This document shows, piece after piece, positions 8,137-16,381 of a stretch of 30,138 nt of DNA. The position numbers and the translations under genes were made by a program. Within the stretch, counting starts at the first letter, position 1, and the number at the start of each line of letters is the position of its first letter. The notes beneath the pieces were generated by a model, which saw only the letters and a program-made list of their open reading frames with translations, did not search any database and was not told the origin of the DNA. Origin of the DNA: Bdellovibrionales bacterium (GTDB lineage: Bacteria > Bdellovibrionota > Bdellovibrionia > Bdellovibrionales > UBA1609); NCBI GenBank assembly GCA_050246815.1, contig JBFWVI010000015.1:30983-61120 (forward strand), in the 5' to 3' direction.

Positions 8137-9180
8137 ATGATTAAAACAAAAGCTTACGCCGCCCAATCAGCCACTTCGCCACTTCAACCCTTTCAGTTTG
8201 AGCGTCGCGACCCGCGACCTGATGATGTGGTCATCGAAATTGCTTATTGTGGCATTTGCCATTCTGACATTCACACTGCACGAGGTGAATGGGGGCCGAC
8301 GGCTTACCCATGTGTCCCAGGCCATGAAATCGTGGGTCGTGTGATTCAGGTGGGCAAAAAGGTCAAGCGCTTCAAAGTCGGTGACCTTGCCGGTGTGGGT
8401 TGCTTTGTGGATTCGTGTGGAAAGTGTCCCAACTGCAAAACCGGTGAACAGCAATTTTGCCAAAAGCATACGGCTTTTACCTACAACAGCACCGAAATGG
8501 ACGGCAAAACCCCGACTCAAGGCGGTTACTCCAGCCACATCACGGTCAAAGACCAGTACGCTTTGAAAATCAAAAAGGGTTTGCCGTTGGATCGTATTGC
8601 GCCGCTTTTGTGCGCGGGCATCACGACCTATTCGCCGCTCAAACGATACGGCACTAAAAAAGGCAAAAAAGTGGGGGTTGTGGGTTTGGGTGGCCTTGGC
8701 CATATGGCTATCAAAATCGCCAAAGCCATGGGTGCGGAAGTGACGGTGTTTAGCACTTCCCCCGGCAAACAGGCTGACGCCAAAAAGTTGGGCGCAAAAA
8801 ATTTCGTAATCAGCACCGATGCCAATAACTTTGCGGCACATGCAGGCAAATTAGATCTGATCATCGACACCGTTTCAGCCAAACATGATTTTTCGCCGTA
8901 CCTAGGGTCTTTGAAGATGGACGGCACTATGGTTTTGGTGGGCGCAGCTCCCGAACCCAGTCAAGTCAGCGCCTTTGCCTTAATCATGGGTCGTAAGCGC
9001 CTGACCGGGTCGCTGATCGGCGGCATCAAAGAGACGCAAGAGATGTTGGATTTTTGCGCGAAGAAAAAAGTTCTCTCGGACATTGAGCTGATCCCGGCCA
9101 GCCAGATCAACGAAGCGTATGAGCGCACGATTAAAGCACAGGTCAAGTACCGCTTCGTGATCGACGCGAAGACTTTTTAG
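8137..9180 (+). CDS. NAD(P)-dependent zinc alcohol dehydrogenase (cinnamyl-ADH/YahK-like)
   Basis: CGICHSD, GHEIVG, structural zinc Cys cluster, GLGGLG and YRFVID. Confidence 0.95.
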   Translation: MIKTKAYAAQSATSPLQPFQFERRDPRPDDVVIEIAYCGICHSDIHTARGEWGPTAYPCVPGHEIVGRVIQVGKKVKRFKVGDLAGVGCFVDSCGKCPNCKTGEQQFCQKHTAFTYNSTEMDGKTPTQGGYSSHITVKDQYALKIKKGLPLDRIAPLLCAGITTYSPLKRYGTKKGKKVGVVGLGGLGHMAIKIAKAMGAEVTVFSTSPGKQADAKKLGAKNFVISTDANNFAAHAGKLDLIIDTVSAKHDFSPYLGSLKMDGTMVLVGAAPEPSQVSAFALIMGRKRLTGSLIGGIKETQEMLDFCAKKKVLSDIELIPASQINEAYERTIKAQVKYRFVIDAKTF

Positions 9181-9611
9181 TTCGCGTCCAGATGCTTCAA
9201 AATATGCGGGATGTCCGCTTTTTCCAAATCCTTGGCGATGAAAGTCATATTCTTTGCCGCCACCGCGCTGACTTGCTTTTTAATTTTGCCCAAAAGGTGC
9301 GGATTCGCGAAGACAGTCACATGTTGATAGAGCTTACCATGCTTGGCCGTTCTTAAAAGTTTGGCCAAAGTGTGGGCAAAATGGTCGGCGACCACTTCGG
9401 TGTGAGAATTGTGCGGCGCTAGCCGATGCGGTGTTTTGCTGCCGGCCCACTTGGCGTAACTTTGACCGAACTTGTCGGTTTTAAAATCATGCTCGCGACG
9501 GCGCCCCTTTTTATTGACCAGCGTGCGTTGCCATTTAAGCGGCAGACTTTTGGCATCACGCTTAAAGATTTTGGCTTCAGCGCGACTGGCAACCATAACC
9601 CATTCTTTCAT
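9177..9611 (-). CDS. Host attachment protein family (release-factor-like)
   Basis: Pattern WVMVASRAEAKIF...FA..LA..L...VFANPHLLGKI...IAKDL. AGGAG RBS. Confidence 0.8.
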   Translation of the reverse strand: MKEWVMVASRAEAKIFKRDAKSLPLKWQRTLVNKKGRRREHDFKTDKFGQSYAKWAGSKTPHRLAPHNSHTEVVADHFAHTLAKLLRTAKHGKLYQHVTVFANPHLLGKIKKQVSAVAAKNMTFIAKDLEKADIPHILKHLDAN

Positions 9612-9626
9612 TTGGAACTCCTTTTA

Positions 9627-9660
9627 AGAAAAGGGCCGCGGCCGGAAAACCACGACCCTT
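9627..9660 (-). terminator. Probable intrinsic terminator or attenuator after hsp20
   Basis: Minus-strand stem GGGTCGTGG/CCGCGGCCC (with G-U pairs) followed by TTTTCTT. Confidence 0.55.
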
Positions 9661-9667
9661 CCAAAGA

Positions 9668-10126
9668 TTATTGAACTGCGATTTGTTTGGCGGCGGTGCT
9701 TTTTGTTTTGGGAACACGGATTCGCAAAACACCGTTTTTAAAATTGGCCTCAATCTTCTTTTCGTTGATTGGTTCCGGTAGGGTGAAGCTGCGCACGTAA
9801 GAACCGTAATTGATTTCGGACAAGTATTGCTTGTCGGTTTCTTCTTTCTTTTCTTCTTTGCGCTCGGCGCGAACGGTCAGTCGGTCGCCGTCCACTTCGA
9901 CTTTGACTTCTTCTTTGTCGATGCCGGGCAAATCAAAATTCATTTGGTAAGACTCGGCGTCTTCTTTGACTTCGCACGAGGGCGAAAAAGGGAACTCGGA
10001 GCCCTTGGCACCGTTGCGCTCGCTGATCATTTCATTCAAAAGACGGTCAAAGCTGCTCTCCATTCGGGCCATTTCGCGGAAAGGATTAGAGGTTTGGCGG
10101 CCAAACCAGCGTTGCAGTCCTGACAT
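9668..10126 (-). CDS. Hsp20/alpha-crystallin small heat-shock protein
   Basis: Motifs DLPG, YGSYVRSFTLP and FKNGVLRIRVPK. AAGGAG RBS before ATG 10126. Confidence 0.95.
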   Translation of the reverse strand: MSGLQRWFGRQTSNPFREMARMESSFDRLLNEMISERNGAKGSEFPFSPSCEVKEDAESYQMNFDLPGIDKEEVKVEVDGDRLTVRAERKEEKKEETDKQYLSEINYGSYVRSFTLPEPINEKKIEANFKNGVLRIRVPKTKSTAAKQIAVQ

Positions 10127-10165
10127 ATTGTACTCCTTCTGTGAGGTTGTTTGTGCAGTGGGAGT

Positions 10166-10181
10166 AGCAAGCCGGATGCCG
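10166..10181 (-). promoter_or_regulatory. Putative sigma54 promoter of hsp20
   Basis: The minus strand reads CGGCATCCGGCTTGCT, 40 nt upstream of the ATG. Confidence 0.7.
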
Positions 10182-10271
10182 ACCGCAAAACACACGTCAA
10201 ATGCAACAGTTTTGATTTAAGTGAGGGGAGGGAGACAAAATATCTCAACCTGGCGGGCAAAATGTCACGCG

Positions 10272-10943
10272 TTACACATCGGCTTCACGTAATGAAATTT
10301 TGCCGTCGATCAGATAAATCTCCCGATCGGCTTGTCTGGCATAGCTGGGCTCGTGCGTCACCAGGGCGATTGTGGTGCCATGCTGCTGGTGAATACGTTT
10401 TAAGATCGACATCACCACGGCGCTGTTTTTAGTGTCTAAATTACCGGTGGGTTCATCGGCAAAAAGGTAGCGGGGACGCAGCACCAGCGCGCGCGCGATG
10501 GCCACGCGCTGCTGCTGGCCTCCTGACATTTGCCCCGGGAACTTGTGCTTTTGATCAACGACATCCAGTTCTTCCATCAAAGCGATGGCCTCGGGAAATA
10601 ATTTTTTTTCAAGGCCCAGATTGCGTGCGGGCAGCAAAACATTTTCAAGGGCTGTCAGCTCGGGCAGCAAATAATGAAATTGAAAAACAAACCCGACTTT
10701 TTCATTGCGAAAGCGGTGAAGGTTGTCGACCGATAAGCGCGCCACATCTTGTCCATCGATCAACACGCGACCCTGGCTGGCGTGATCCAAAGTGCTGATA
10801 ATGTAAAGCAAAGTACTTTTACCGCTGCCCGAGCGACCCGAAATAGAGACGAATTCGGCGTCTTTGATTTTGAAATCCAAGCCATGCAGCACTCGCTGCG
10901 GCGGTTGGCCAAATTCTTTGATCAGCCCCTGTCCTTCGATCAT
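10272..10943 (-). CDS. ABC transporter ATP-binding protein (LolD/MacB type)
   Basis: Walker A GRSGSGKST, signature MSGGQQQR, ADEPTGNLD, VTHE. ATGA overlap with the permease stop. Confidence 0.95.
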   Translation of the reverse strand: MIEGQGLIKEFGQPPQRVLHGLDFKIKDAEFVSISGRSGSGKSTLLYIISTLDHASQGRVLIDGQDVARLSVDNLHRFRNEKVGFVFQFHYLLPELTALENVLLPARNLGLEKKLFPEAIALMEELDVVDQKHKFPGQMSGGQQQRVAIARALVLRPRYLFADEPTGNLDTKNSAVVMSILKRIHQQHGTTIALVTHEPSYARQADREIYLIDGKISLREADV

Positions 10944-12184
10944 GATTCCGCCCGAATGATGTCCATGGGGGTCATGCGGCTGGCCTCCCAAGCGGGGATC
11001 AGGCTGGCGATCAGCGAGGCCACATTGGCGGTGATAAACGCGGTCACATAAATCGACCAGTCATAACTGATGCGCAGGTTGTGGCTGCCGCCGATTTCAA
11101 AACCAAAGTCGATGGAGCCAAACCAAACACAAAGCCAAAAACCCAAGATCATTCCCAAAAATCCACCGGCCAAGCCAAGCAAGGTGCCCTGATACAAGAT
11201 CAATTCCAAAATTCGCCGTGGCGAGTAGCCAATGGCGCGCAAGATGGCAATCTCGCGTCTTTTTTGACTGATCATGATGGTTAAAACATTGTAAATGCCG
11301 AACGCGGCCACAATTAAAATCGCAGTGGTGATAAAGTAGCGGGTGAAGTCTTGCACCTTAATCACTTCCATAAAGGCCTTGTTGGCCTCTTGCCAGTCTT
11401 CCACTTTGTCGCGAGTCATGGCCTGCCAAGAGTCAGCCAGATCGGTGGATTTGTCGATGTCCAGCAAAGACACGGCGATGGCGCTGACCTGGCCAGGGCT
11501 TTTTGCCAAAACCTGCACATTGTCCAAATGAGCAAAGGCCACCGAATCATCAAACTGCTGATTGCCATAGTGGACGATACCCGCCACTTTGTAAGGCCTG
11601 GGCGCAGTGCGCCCGCTGCTGACATTTAAAACTTGGTCTAAGCGCGCGCCCAATTTTTTGGCCACGCCACTGCCGATCACCAGATTGTTGGCGCCAGAGC
11701 GCAGTTTTAAGAAGGAACCCTCTTTCATGTATTTTTCGACACTGGTCAGGCGGGCATGGCGCTCTGGGATCACTCCCAAAAGTCCAACCGAAACCGAAAA
11801 TTTTCCGCTCGTTAAAAGCGCGTTGGTGCTTAGGCGCGGCGAAAAGTCAAAAACCTGGGGATCGCTTTGCAATCGATCGACCCAGCCCTGGTAGTGCTGC
11901 AATTTGGTTTCTTCGCGTTTGCCCCCGGGGGGCAGTCGCCAAAGCAGTCGCGGATTTTCGCCGTAAAGAGCGGTGGTCACTTGCTGTGCTTCAATATTTT
12001 GCTCTGAGCCAGAAATCAGGATGTGGGCGGTGTTGTTGAGCAACTGCTCCGAGATATAAGCCCGCATGCCCAATTGCACCCCAGAAATGCTGACATAAAG
12101 CAAAGTGCCAAAGCTGATGCCCAGCAAGATCAAGAGCGTTTGTTTTTTGCGCGCCATCAACTGACGCCAGGACAAAAAGAACAT
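10940..12184 (-). CDS. ABC transporter permease (MacB/FtsX/LolC-E family)
   Basis: N-terminal TM, large periplasmic domain, KRREIAILRAIG, three C-terminal TMs and PAWEASRMTP. Confidence 0.92.
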   Translation of the reverse strand: MFFLSWRQLMARKKQTLLILLGISFGTLLYVSISGVQLGMRAYISEQLLNNTAHILISGSEQNIEAQQVTTALYGENPRLLWRLPPGGKREETKLQHYQGWVDRLQSDPQVFDFSPRLSTNALLTSGKFSVSVGLLGVIPERHARLTSVEKYMKEGSFLKLRSGANNLVIGSGVAKKLGARLDQVLNVSSGRTAPRPYKVAGIVHYGNQQFDDSVAFAHLDNVQVLAKSPGQVSAIAVSLLDIDKSTDLADSWQAMTRDKVEDWQEANKAFMEVIKVQDFTRYFITTAILIVAAFGIYNVLTIMISQKRREIAILRAIGYSPRRILELILYQGTLLGLAGGFLGMILGFWLCVWFGSIDFGFEIGGSHNLRISYDWSIYVTAFITANVASLIASLIPAWEASRMTPMDIIRAES

Positions 12185-12185
12185 T

Positions 12186-12962
12186 TTATTCCTTGGGCAC
12201 TAGGATTTCGTCGTCGGGCAAAAGCTCGCCACCCGTAATTTCAGCGGATAGGCCATCGGTCAATCCCACTTCGACTTTAATTTTACGGCTGTGGCCTTTG
12301 CGGTTCACCAGCAAGGTGCCGCTGCGAAGCGCTTTATAGGGCACTAAAGTGCCCTTGACCTGGCCGATTTCAACCGACACGTCCGCTGTCATGCCGGGCA
12401 AAATGCTGGCATCCAAGTTGTCCACTTTGATGTTCGCTATGAATTCGTCGTCCTTGGGGAAGATTGCAGTCACCTGGCCAGCTAGAGTTTGGTTGCGCAA
12501 AGATTCAAAAGAAACTTTGGCCACTTGACCGGGACGTATGCGCAAAGCGCTTTCTTGTTCTAAAGAAAGTTCCAGATAGCGGTCCTTTAAATTTTCTAGA
12601 CGTAAAATAGTCGAATTCGGCAGGGCTGTTTCACCTTCAAAAAGCGAAATCAAACTGACTGTCCCGGCAAAGGGGGCACGAAAAACAGCGCTGGATTCAA
12701 GCTGAATTAGCCGTTGGCCCTTTTCGACTTGATCGCCCTCGCGCACAAAGCGCTCTTTGACCGTGGACAGCACGCCCACCTTCACTTCGAAGCGCTGGTT
12801 AGATTTGACCTTGCCCAAGCCATACACCGCTTCGGTGATCTGGCCTTCGGCAGGTTTGACGCGATTGTATTTACGGTTCTGCGCAGTCGTGCCATACCAG
12901 GCGCCCGCGCCCAAAAGGATAAACAAAGGGACCAAGATCAGGGCCCATTTCAAACGACTCAT
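12186..12962 (-). CDS. Efflux periplasmic adaptor (membrane fusion protein), short form
   Basis: GAGG RBS before ATG 12962 (MSRLKWALIL). Lipoyl-like VREGDQVEKGQ...RAPFAGTV with essentially no alpha-hairpin between the halves. LPGMTADV. Confidence 0.85.
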   Translation of the reverse strand: MSRLKWALILVPLFILLGAGAWYGTTAQNRKYNRVKPAEGQITEAVYGLGKVKSNQRFEVKVGVLSTVKERFVREGDQVEKGQRLIQLESSAVFRAPFAGTVSLISLFEGETALPNSTILRLENLKDRYLELSLEQESALRIRPGQVAKVSFESLRNQTLAGQVTAIFPKDDEFIANIKVDNLDASILPGMTADVSVEIGQVKGTLVPYKALRSGTLLVNRKGHSRKIKVEVGLTDGLSAEITGGELLPDDEILVPKE

Positions 12963-13063
12963 AGTTACCTCTTCATCAAGGCGTATATCAAAAGTTAGGC
13001 GGGTGGGTAACAAAGAGGTTTTTTTACGGGGGGCGCCAAAGATCATATGTTGCGTAGATCGAT

Positions 13064-14233
13064 CTAAAATTGCCGTAATCGCCAAAATGCGACCAAACTG
13101 ACCAGGGCTTCCAGCAAACCGATGATCAAAAACAATTGCCCAAGGCTGGGCCCATTTGGCACGGCACTTAGCGCGCCACCTAAAAACACTGCCAGCGGGT
13201 AAAGCCCTTGGCTCAACAAGCGCCGCGCGCCAAAGACCACACCGCGCTCCTCGGGGGCAGTCAATTGCACCCACAGGGTTTGATTGGCCGAATTAATCAC
13301 AGGCATCATCAATTGGCGGATCGCCAACCCCACCGCCCACAAGCCGATCAACCCAGAAGCGCCCACCAGGATGCGACCGGCGATCGCCCCGATCAAAGTT
13401 CCCCCCGCGATCACCGATCCCAACCGCCGCTTGAGCGGCACCAGCAGCACCAACAAAGCGCCCAGGGTCAGGCCCACAGCCGAGAGCGTGTTGACCATAG
13501 CCAAACTTTTTTTATCGCCTGCGGTCGCGGTCAACACCAGGGCCGCCACTAGGCCGGCCAGCAAGCCATGAAAAAAATTGGCCCAACAAAAATGCAGTTG
13601 CAGGTGGCGAAGTTGGGGGTGACCCAGGATTTTGTGAATACCTGCGCCCCAGCTTTGCTTGGCACGCGCTGGGATTTCGGGAAAACTCACTGTTTTTAGC
13701 GCGAACAAAGCCAACACATAACTGATCGCGTCCATCCACAAAATGCCCTTGAAGCCCATTTTCTCATAGGCGATCACGCCCAAAACCGGCGCTAAAATCA
13801 AAGGGCCGTTTTCAATCAGCGCCACCAGTCCTTGGCTTCGCATGAAAAATTCTGGCCGCGCCAACAAAGCCGTGCTGGATTGAAAGGCCAAACCCAGCGC
13901 CGATTCGACCGCGCCAGTTAAAAATAAAAACATCATTAGGGCACTGAGGTTGAAAAGATCAAAACGCAGCAGGGTGCCGGCCAATATAGTCAGCACTAGC
14001 AAAATCAAATTGCTGCCGGCAATGACATTTTTCAGCGGAAACCGGTCCACCAGGTGGCCGGCGAAAAGGCTTAGATAAATATTGGGCATCAACTTGGCAA
14101 ACACGGCGATGCTCAGCCAATAGGGGCTTTGGGTTTGTTCATAGACCCAAAGCGAAACTGCAAAGCCGGTCAAACCGCTGCCCAACAACGACACCAGTTG
14201 GCCCAGCCAAAGCGTCAAAAAGTTTCTAGACAT
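13064..14233 (-). CDS. MFS transporter (macrolide-efflux/DHA3-like exporter)
   Basis: MSRNFLTLWLGQLVSLLGSGLT start, GHLVDRF motif, ERGVVFG and many TM helices. The start overlaps the stop of the HExxH gene. Confidence 0.9.
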   Translation of the reverse strand: MSRNFLTLWLGQLVSLLGSGLTGFAVSLWVYEQTQSPYWLSIAVFAKLMPNIYLSLFAGHLVDRFPLKNVIAGSNLILLVLTILAGTLLRFDLFNLSALMMFLFLTGAVESALGLAFQSSTALLARPEFFMRSQGLVALIENGPLILAPVLGVIAYEKMGFKGILWMDAISYVLALFALKTVSFPEIPARAKQSWGAGIHKILGHPQLRHLQLHFCWANFFHGLLAGLVAALVLTATAGDKKSLAMVNTLSAVGLTLGALLVLLVPLKRRLGSVIAGGTLIGAIAGRILVGASGLIGLWAVGLAIRQLMMPVINSANQTLWVQLTAPEERGVVFGARRLLSQGLYPLAVFLGGALSAVPNGPSLGQLFLIIGLLEALVSLVAFWRLRQF

Positions 14234-15020
14234 GAACGCCTTTCGCGAAAGCGTGGATGTTTTGTTGGCCTGTGGCCGTAAAGTAGCGGGCATTTTCACT
14301 TTGTGAAAGCCGCTCGATCAAAAATTCAAAGGACTTTTGACCTTCTTGGGCCGCGTGAGTCACTCTTTCAAGGTCTAAATCTTCTGCGCCCGCAGTTGCC
14401 AGCAGTTGGCGCCGCCAGTTGAGCAGCCCCGCATAAACGCCGGCGGCATGGTAGCAGCGGTCCAGCTCCCAAAATTGATTGCGATTTTCTTGATGCTTAC
14501 GCCAGGTGATGTGCACTTTGGGCGCTGTGCGGGCGTCAAAGTCGTCGCTTAAGATTTCACCGCGTAAAATGGATTGGTTGATTTCTTGGTGGATGGCCTC
14601 GTGGTAAAGGTTTTCCGCCAAAGCCCAAGTTGAAGGCGCCGAAAACAAAGTGTTGGGCGGGATGTGCACCAAGGCTTTGTTTGAAATAAAAACGCAGCCC
14701 GGCCAATTGGGGAATGAGGCCGAGGTAATACGTTCATCCTCACCCCAGTACTCGCGGCGTAGCTCCATCCAAAAGACAAATCGTATGTGACGTTGAGCAT
14801 AGGCTGCAATCGCCGGCTCCACTTGGTGCAAGTGTGCCCAGGCTTCACCGATCAAATCCAAGTGGGCGTCGTGGGCGACGCTTAAGCGGTGTGAGGGCAG
14901 GGGCAATTGGGCAAGGCCGTTTTCAAGATCGGGTTGAATCAGGCGCGGCGCCAAGTGCCCGGGCAGGGGTGAGCTTTGGCGCAGCAGTTGCTTGTGATGG
15001 GGTGTGGGCAGAGTCAACAT
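14226..15020 (-). CDS. aKG-HExxH family protein (putative Fe(II)/2-oxoglutarate-dependent peptide beta-hydroxylase)
   Basis: Motif order TSASFPNWPGCVF ... LAENLYHEAIHQ ... ITWR ... YHAAGVY matches the HExxH-plus-distal-His architecture of this family. GGAGG RBS. Confidence 0.75.
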   Translation of the reverse strand: MLTLPTPHHKQLLRQSSPLPGHLAPRLIQPDLENGLAQLPLPSHRLSVAHDAHLDLIGEAWAHLHQVEPAIAAYAQRHIRFVFWMELRREYWGEDERITSASFPNWPGCVFISNKALVHIPPNTLFSAPSTWALAENLYHEAIHQEINQSILRGEILSDDFDARTAPKVHITWRKHQENRNQFWELDRCYHAAGVYAGLLNWRRQLLATAGAEDLDLERVTHAAQEGQKSFEFLIERLSQSENARYFTATGQQNIHAFAKGVHV

Positions 15021-15022
15021 GG

Positions 15023-15397
15023 TTACCTCCCAATGTCCGAGCCGCGTTGGTCGCCCAACTTTTCCAGCTTCATAAAAAAACGCGGCACCGCTTCGGGAAT
15101 CAGTTGGTGGGTGCGCTTGACCAAAAATTCAATTTTTTCAAGTGTGCTCAGTTGCTGCGTGGGCACCAGCTCTGCCAGGCGCAAACGAATTTTGTTCAGC
15201 TTGGCCCGTGCAGTCAGATGGTTTTCAGAGTTCAGGGTGCTGTGTGGGGCGACTCGCCCCAGGCGTTCCAAGCGCTCCTGGGGCGAGAGGGTGGGATCAG
15301 GCAGAAGTTCTTCAAGCCGGCGGCTCACGGCCATCAGCTCGCGGCAGACTTCATCAAAAGACTCTTCATGGGCTTCAGGTAGTGTGATGGTGATCAT
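15023..15397 (-). CDS. Hypothetical 124-aa protein with internal R-L-x-x-hydrophobic-hydrophobic-P repeats
   Basis: GGAG RBS. The stop is 2 nt before the HExxH start. Repeats RLEELLP, RLGRVAP, RLAELVP and RTHQLIP. Confidence 0.7.
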   Translation of the reverse strand: MITITLPEAHEESFDEVCRELMAVSRRLEELLPDPTLSPQERLERLGRVAPHSTLNSENHLTARAKLNKIRLRLAELVPTQQLSTLEKIEFLVKRTHQLIPEAVPRFFMKLEKLGDQRGSDIGR

Positions 15398-15418
15398 GAA
15401 AAACTCCGCCCGGGTGGG

Positions 15419-15571
15419 TTATTTGGTTTTTTTGGCTTTACGACGGATCGCCTGTTCTTCGCGTGACAAAGCTTCAAGGTAGGCCTCGATTTCTTTGGGA
15501 TTGCGCGAGCGGCGGGCGAAGTCGGGGACCATGTGGTCCAAGCGCTGGGTCAAACGATCGATGATTTTCAT
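15419..15571 (-). CDS. 50-aa peptide, candidate RiPP precursor (absent from the supplied ORF track)
   Basis: AAGGAG RBS 7 nt before ATG 15571. Translation MKIIDRLTQRLDHMVPDFARRSRNPKEIEAYLEALSREEQAIRRKAKKTK, stop TAA 15421-15419. First gene of the operon. Confidence 0.75.
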   Translation of the reverse strand: MKIIDRLTQRLDHMVPDFARRSRNPKEIEAYLEALSREEQAIRRKAKKTK

Positions 15572-15620
15572 AAGTGTGCTCCTTTTAGGGCCAGGTTCAT
15601 CCTGGCTGCAGGGGCACTAT

Positions 15621-15636
15621 CGCAAGGACTGGACCG
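15621..15636 (-). promoter_or_regulatory. Putative sigma54 promoter of the peptide-HExxH operon
   Basis: The minus strand reads CGGTCCAGTCCTTGCG (GG-N10-GC with TTGC), 50 nt upstream of ATG 15571. Confidence 0.5.
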
Positions 15637-15732
15637 GGTTTTGGAAAGCCTCAACACGAATTTACAGGCAGCTGAGGGGCAAGGTGTCCGGATTTCGGAT
15701 CCCTTTGTCCGGGCTTATGGACGGCAGGGGCA

Positions 15733-15761
15733 TTGCGGCAAAGGGGCGGCCATGCTAGATT
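15733..15761 (+). promoter_or_regulatory. Putative sigma70 promoter of ssrA
   Basis: TTGCGG-17 bp-TAGATT with an extended -10 TG at 15753-15754, 14 nt upstream of the mature 5' end. Confidence 0.55.
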
Positions 15762-15775
15762 GCAACGGTCTCTTT

Positions 15776-16131
15776 GGGGGCGACATGGCTTCGACGCGGG
15801 TCGTGAAACTTCAGGAGCATGCAGGGGATGGTATGAGGACCTCTTTAAAAACATACCAAATGTATTCGGCAATACCGAACACGCACTTGCTGCTTAATTG
15901 ACAGCAACGCAAATCTGGTTGTCGGCGATGCGACCAGGCTAGCGCAATAATGTCGCACCGGCTGCAGGGTGTTTTCTCCAGGCCACTGCAGCCTAAAAAT
16001 TCTGGGGGAGGGGCCAAGGGAAGTCTGTCGCTGGACGTCCTCTGGCCGACCTAAAATAAGCGACTAAGCATGTAGCCCGCCTGAATGTGGAACTCTTGCG
16101 GACGGGGGTTCAATTCCCCCCGCCTCCACCA
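15776..16131 (+). ncRNA. ssrA: Transfer-messenger RNA
   Basis: 5' GGGGGCGACATGGCTTCGAC. 3' T-arm GGGGGTTCAATTCCCCC followed by CGCCTCCACCA, with the G3-U alanine identity pair. The tag ORF 15868-15897 encodes GNTEHALAA-stop. Confidence 0.97.
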
Positions 16132-16331
16132 TTTCTACATTGAAAAATCAGTCCATCCATCCTCAATGCTATTTGAGGGACTTATTAGGGGATTGAATGA
16201 AACAAAAGCTTGCTGGTGTCACTGCCGACCTACTTGGTCTCGATTCAGCAATTTGGTTAATCGCAATCATTACAGCGTTCTCAGGATTTTTTGTCGCATT
16301 TCGTATGAAGGAGACACTCAAAACCTGCATT

Positions 16332-16376
16332 GAAACACCAGTTTTAGAGCCCAACTAAATTTGAGACTGGTGTTTC
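16332..16376. terminator. Long stem-loop between ssrA and the convergent marC stop
   Basis: GAAACACCAGT...ACTGGTGTTTC is a perfect 11-bp inverted repeat, extendable to 17 bp with G-U pairs on the plus strand. Confidence 0.55.
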
Positions 16377-16381
16377 TGGCC

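Noticed and set aside
16161..16178. CCTCAA-N6-TTGAGG, same geometry as the MerR operators at 29.3-29.4 kb
   Set aside because: No flanking 19-bp-spacer promoter or target gene; more likely a weak hairpin after ssrA or chance.
15533..16333. ORFs overlapping ssrA (15533..15901, 15651..15872, 15811..16017, 16085..16333)
   Set aside because: Explained by the tmRNA gene and its promoter; only the tag peptide frame is credible.
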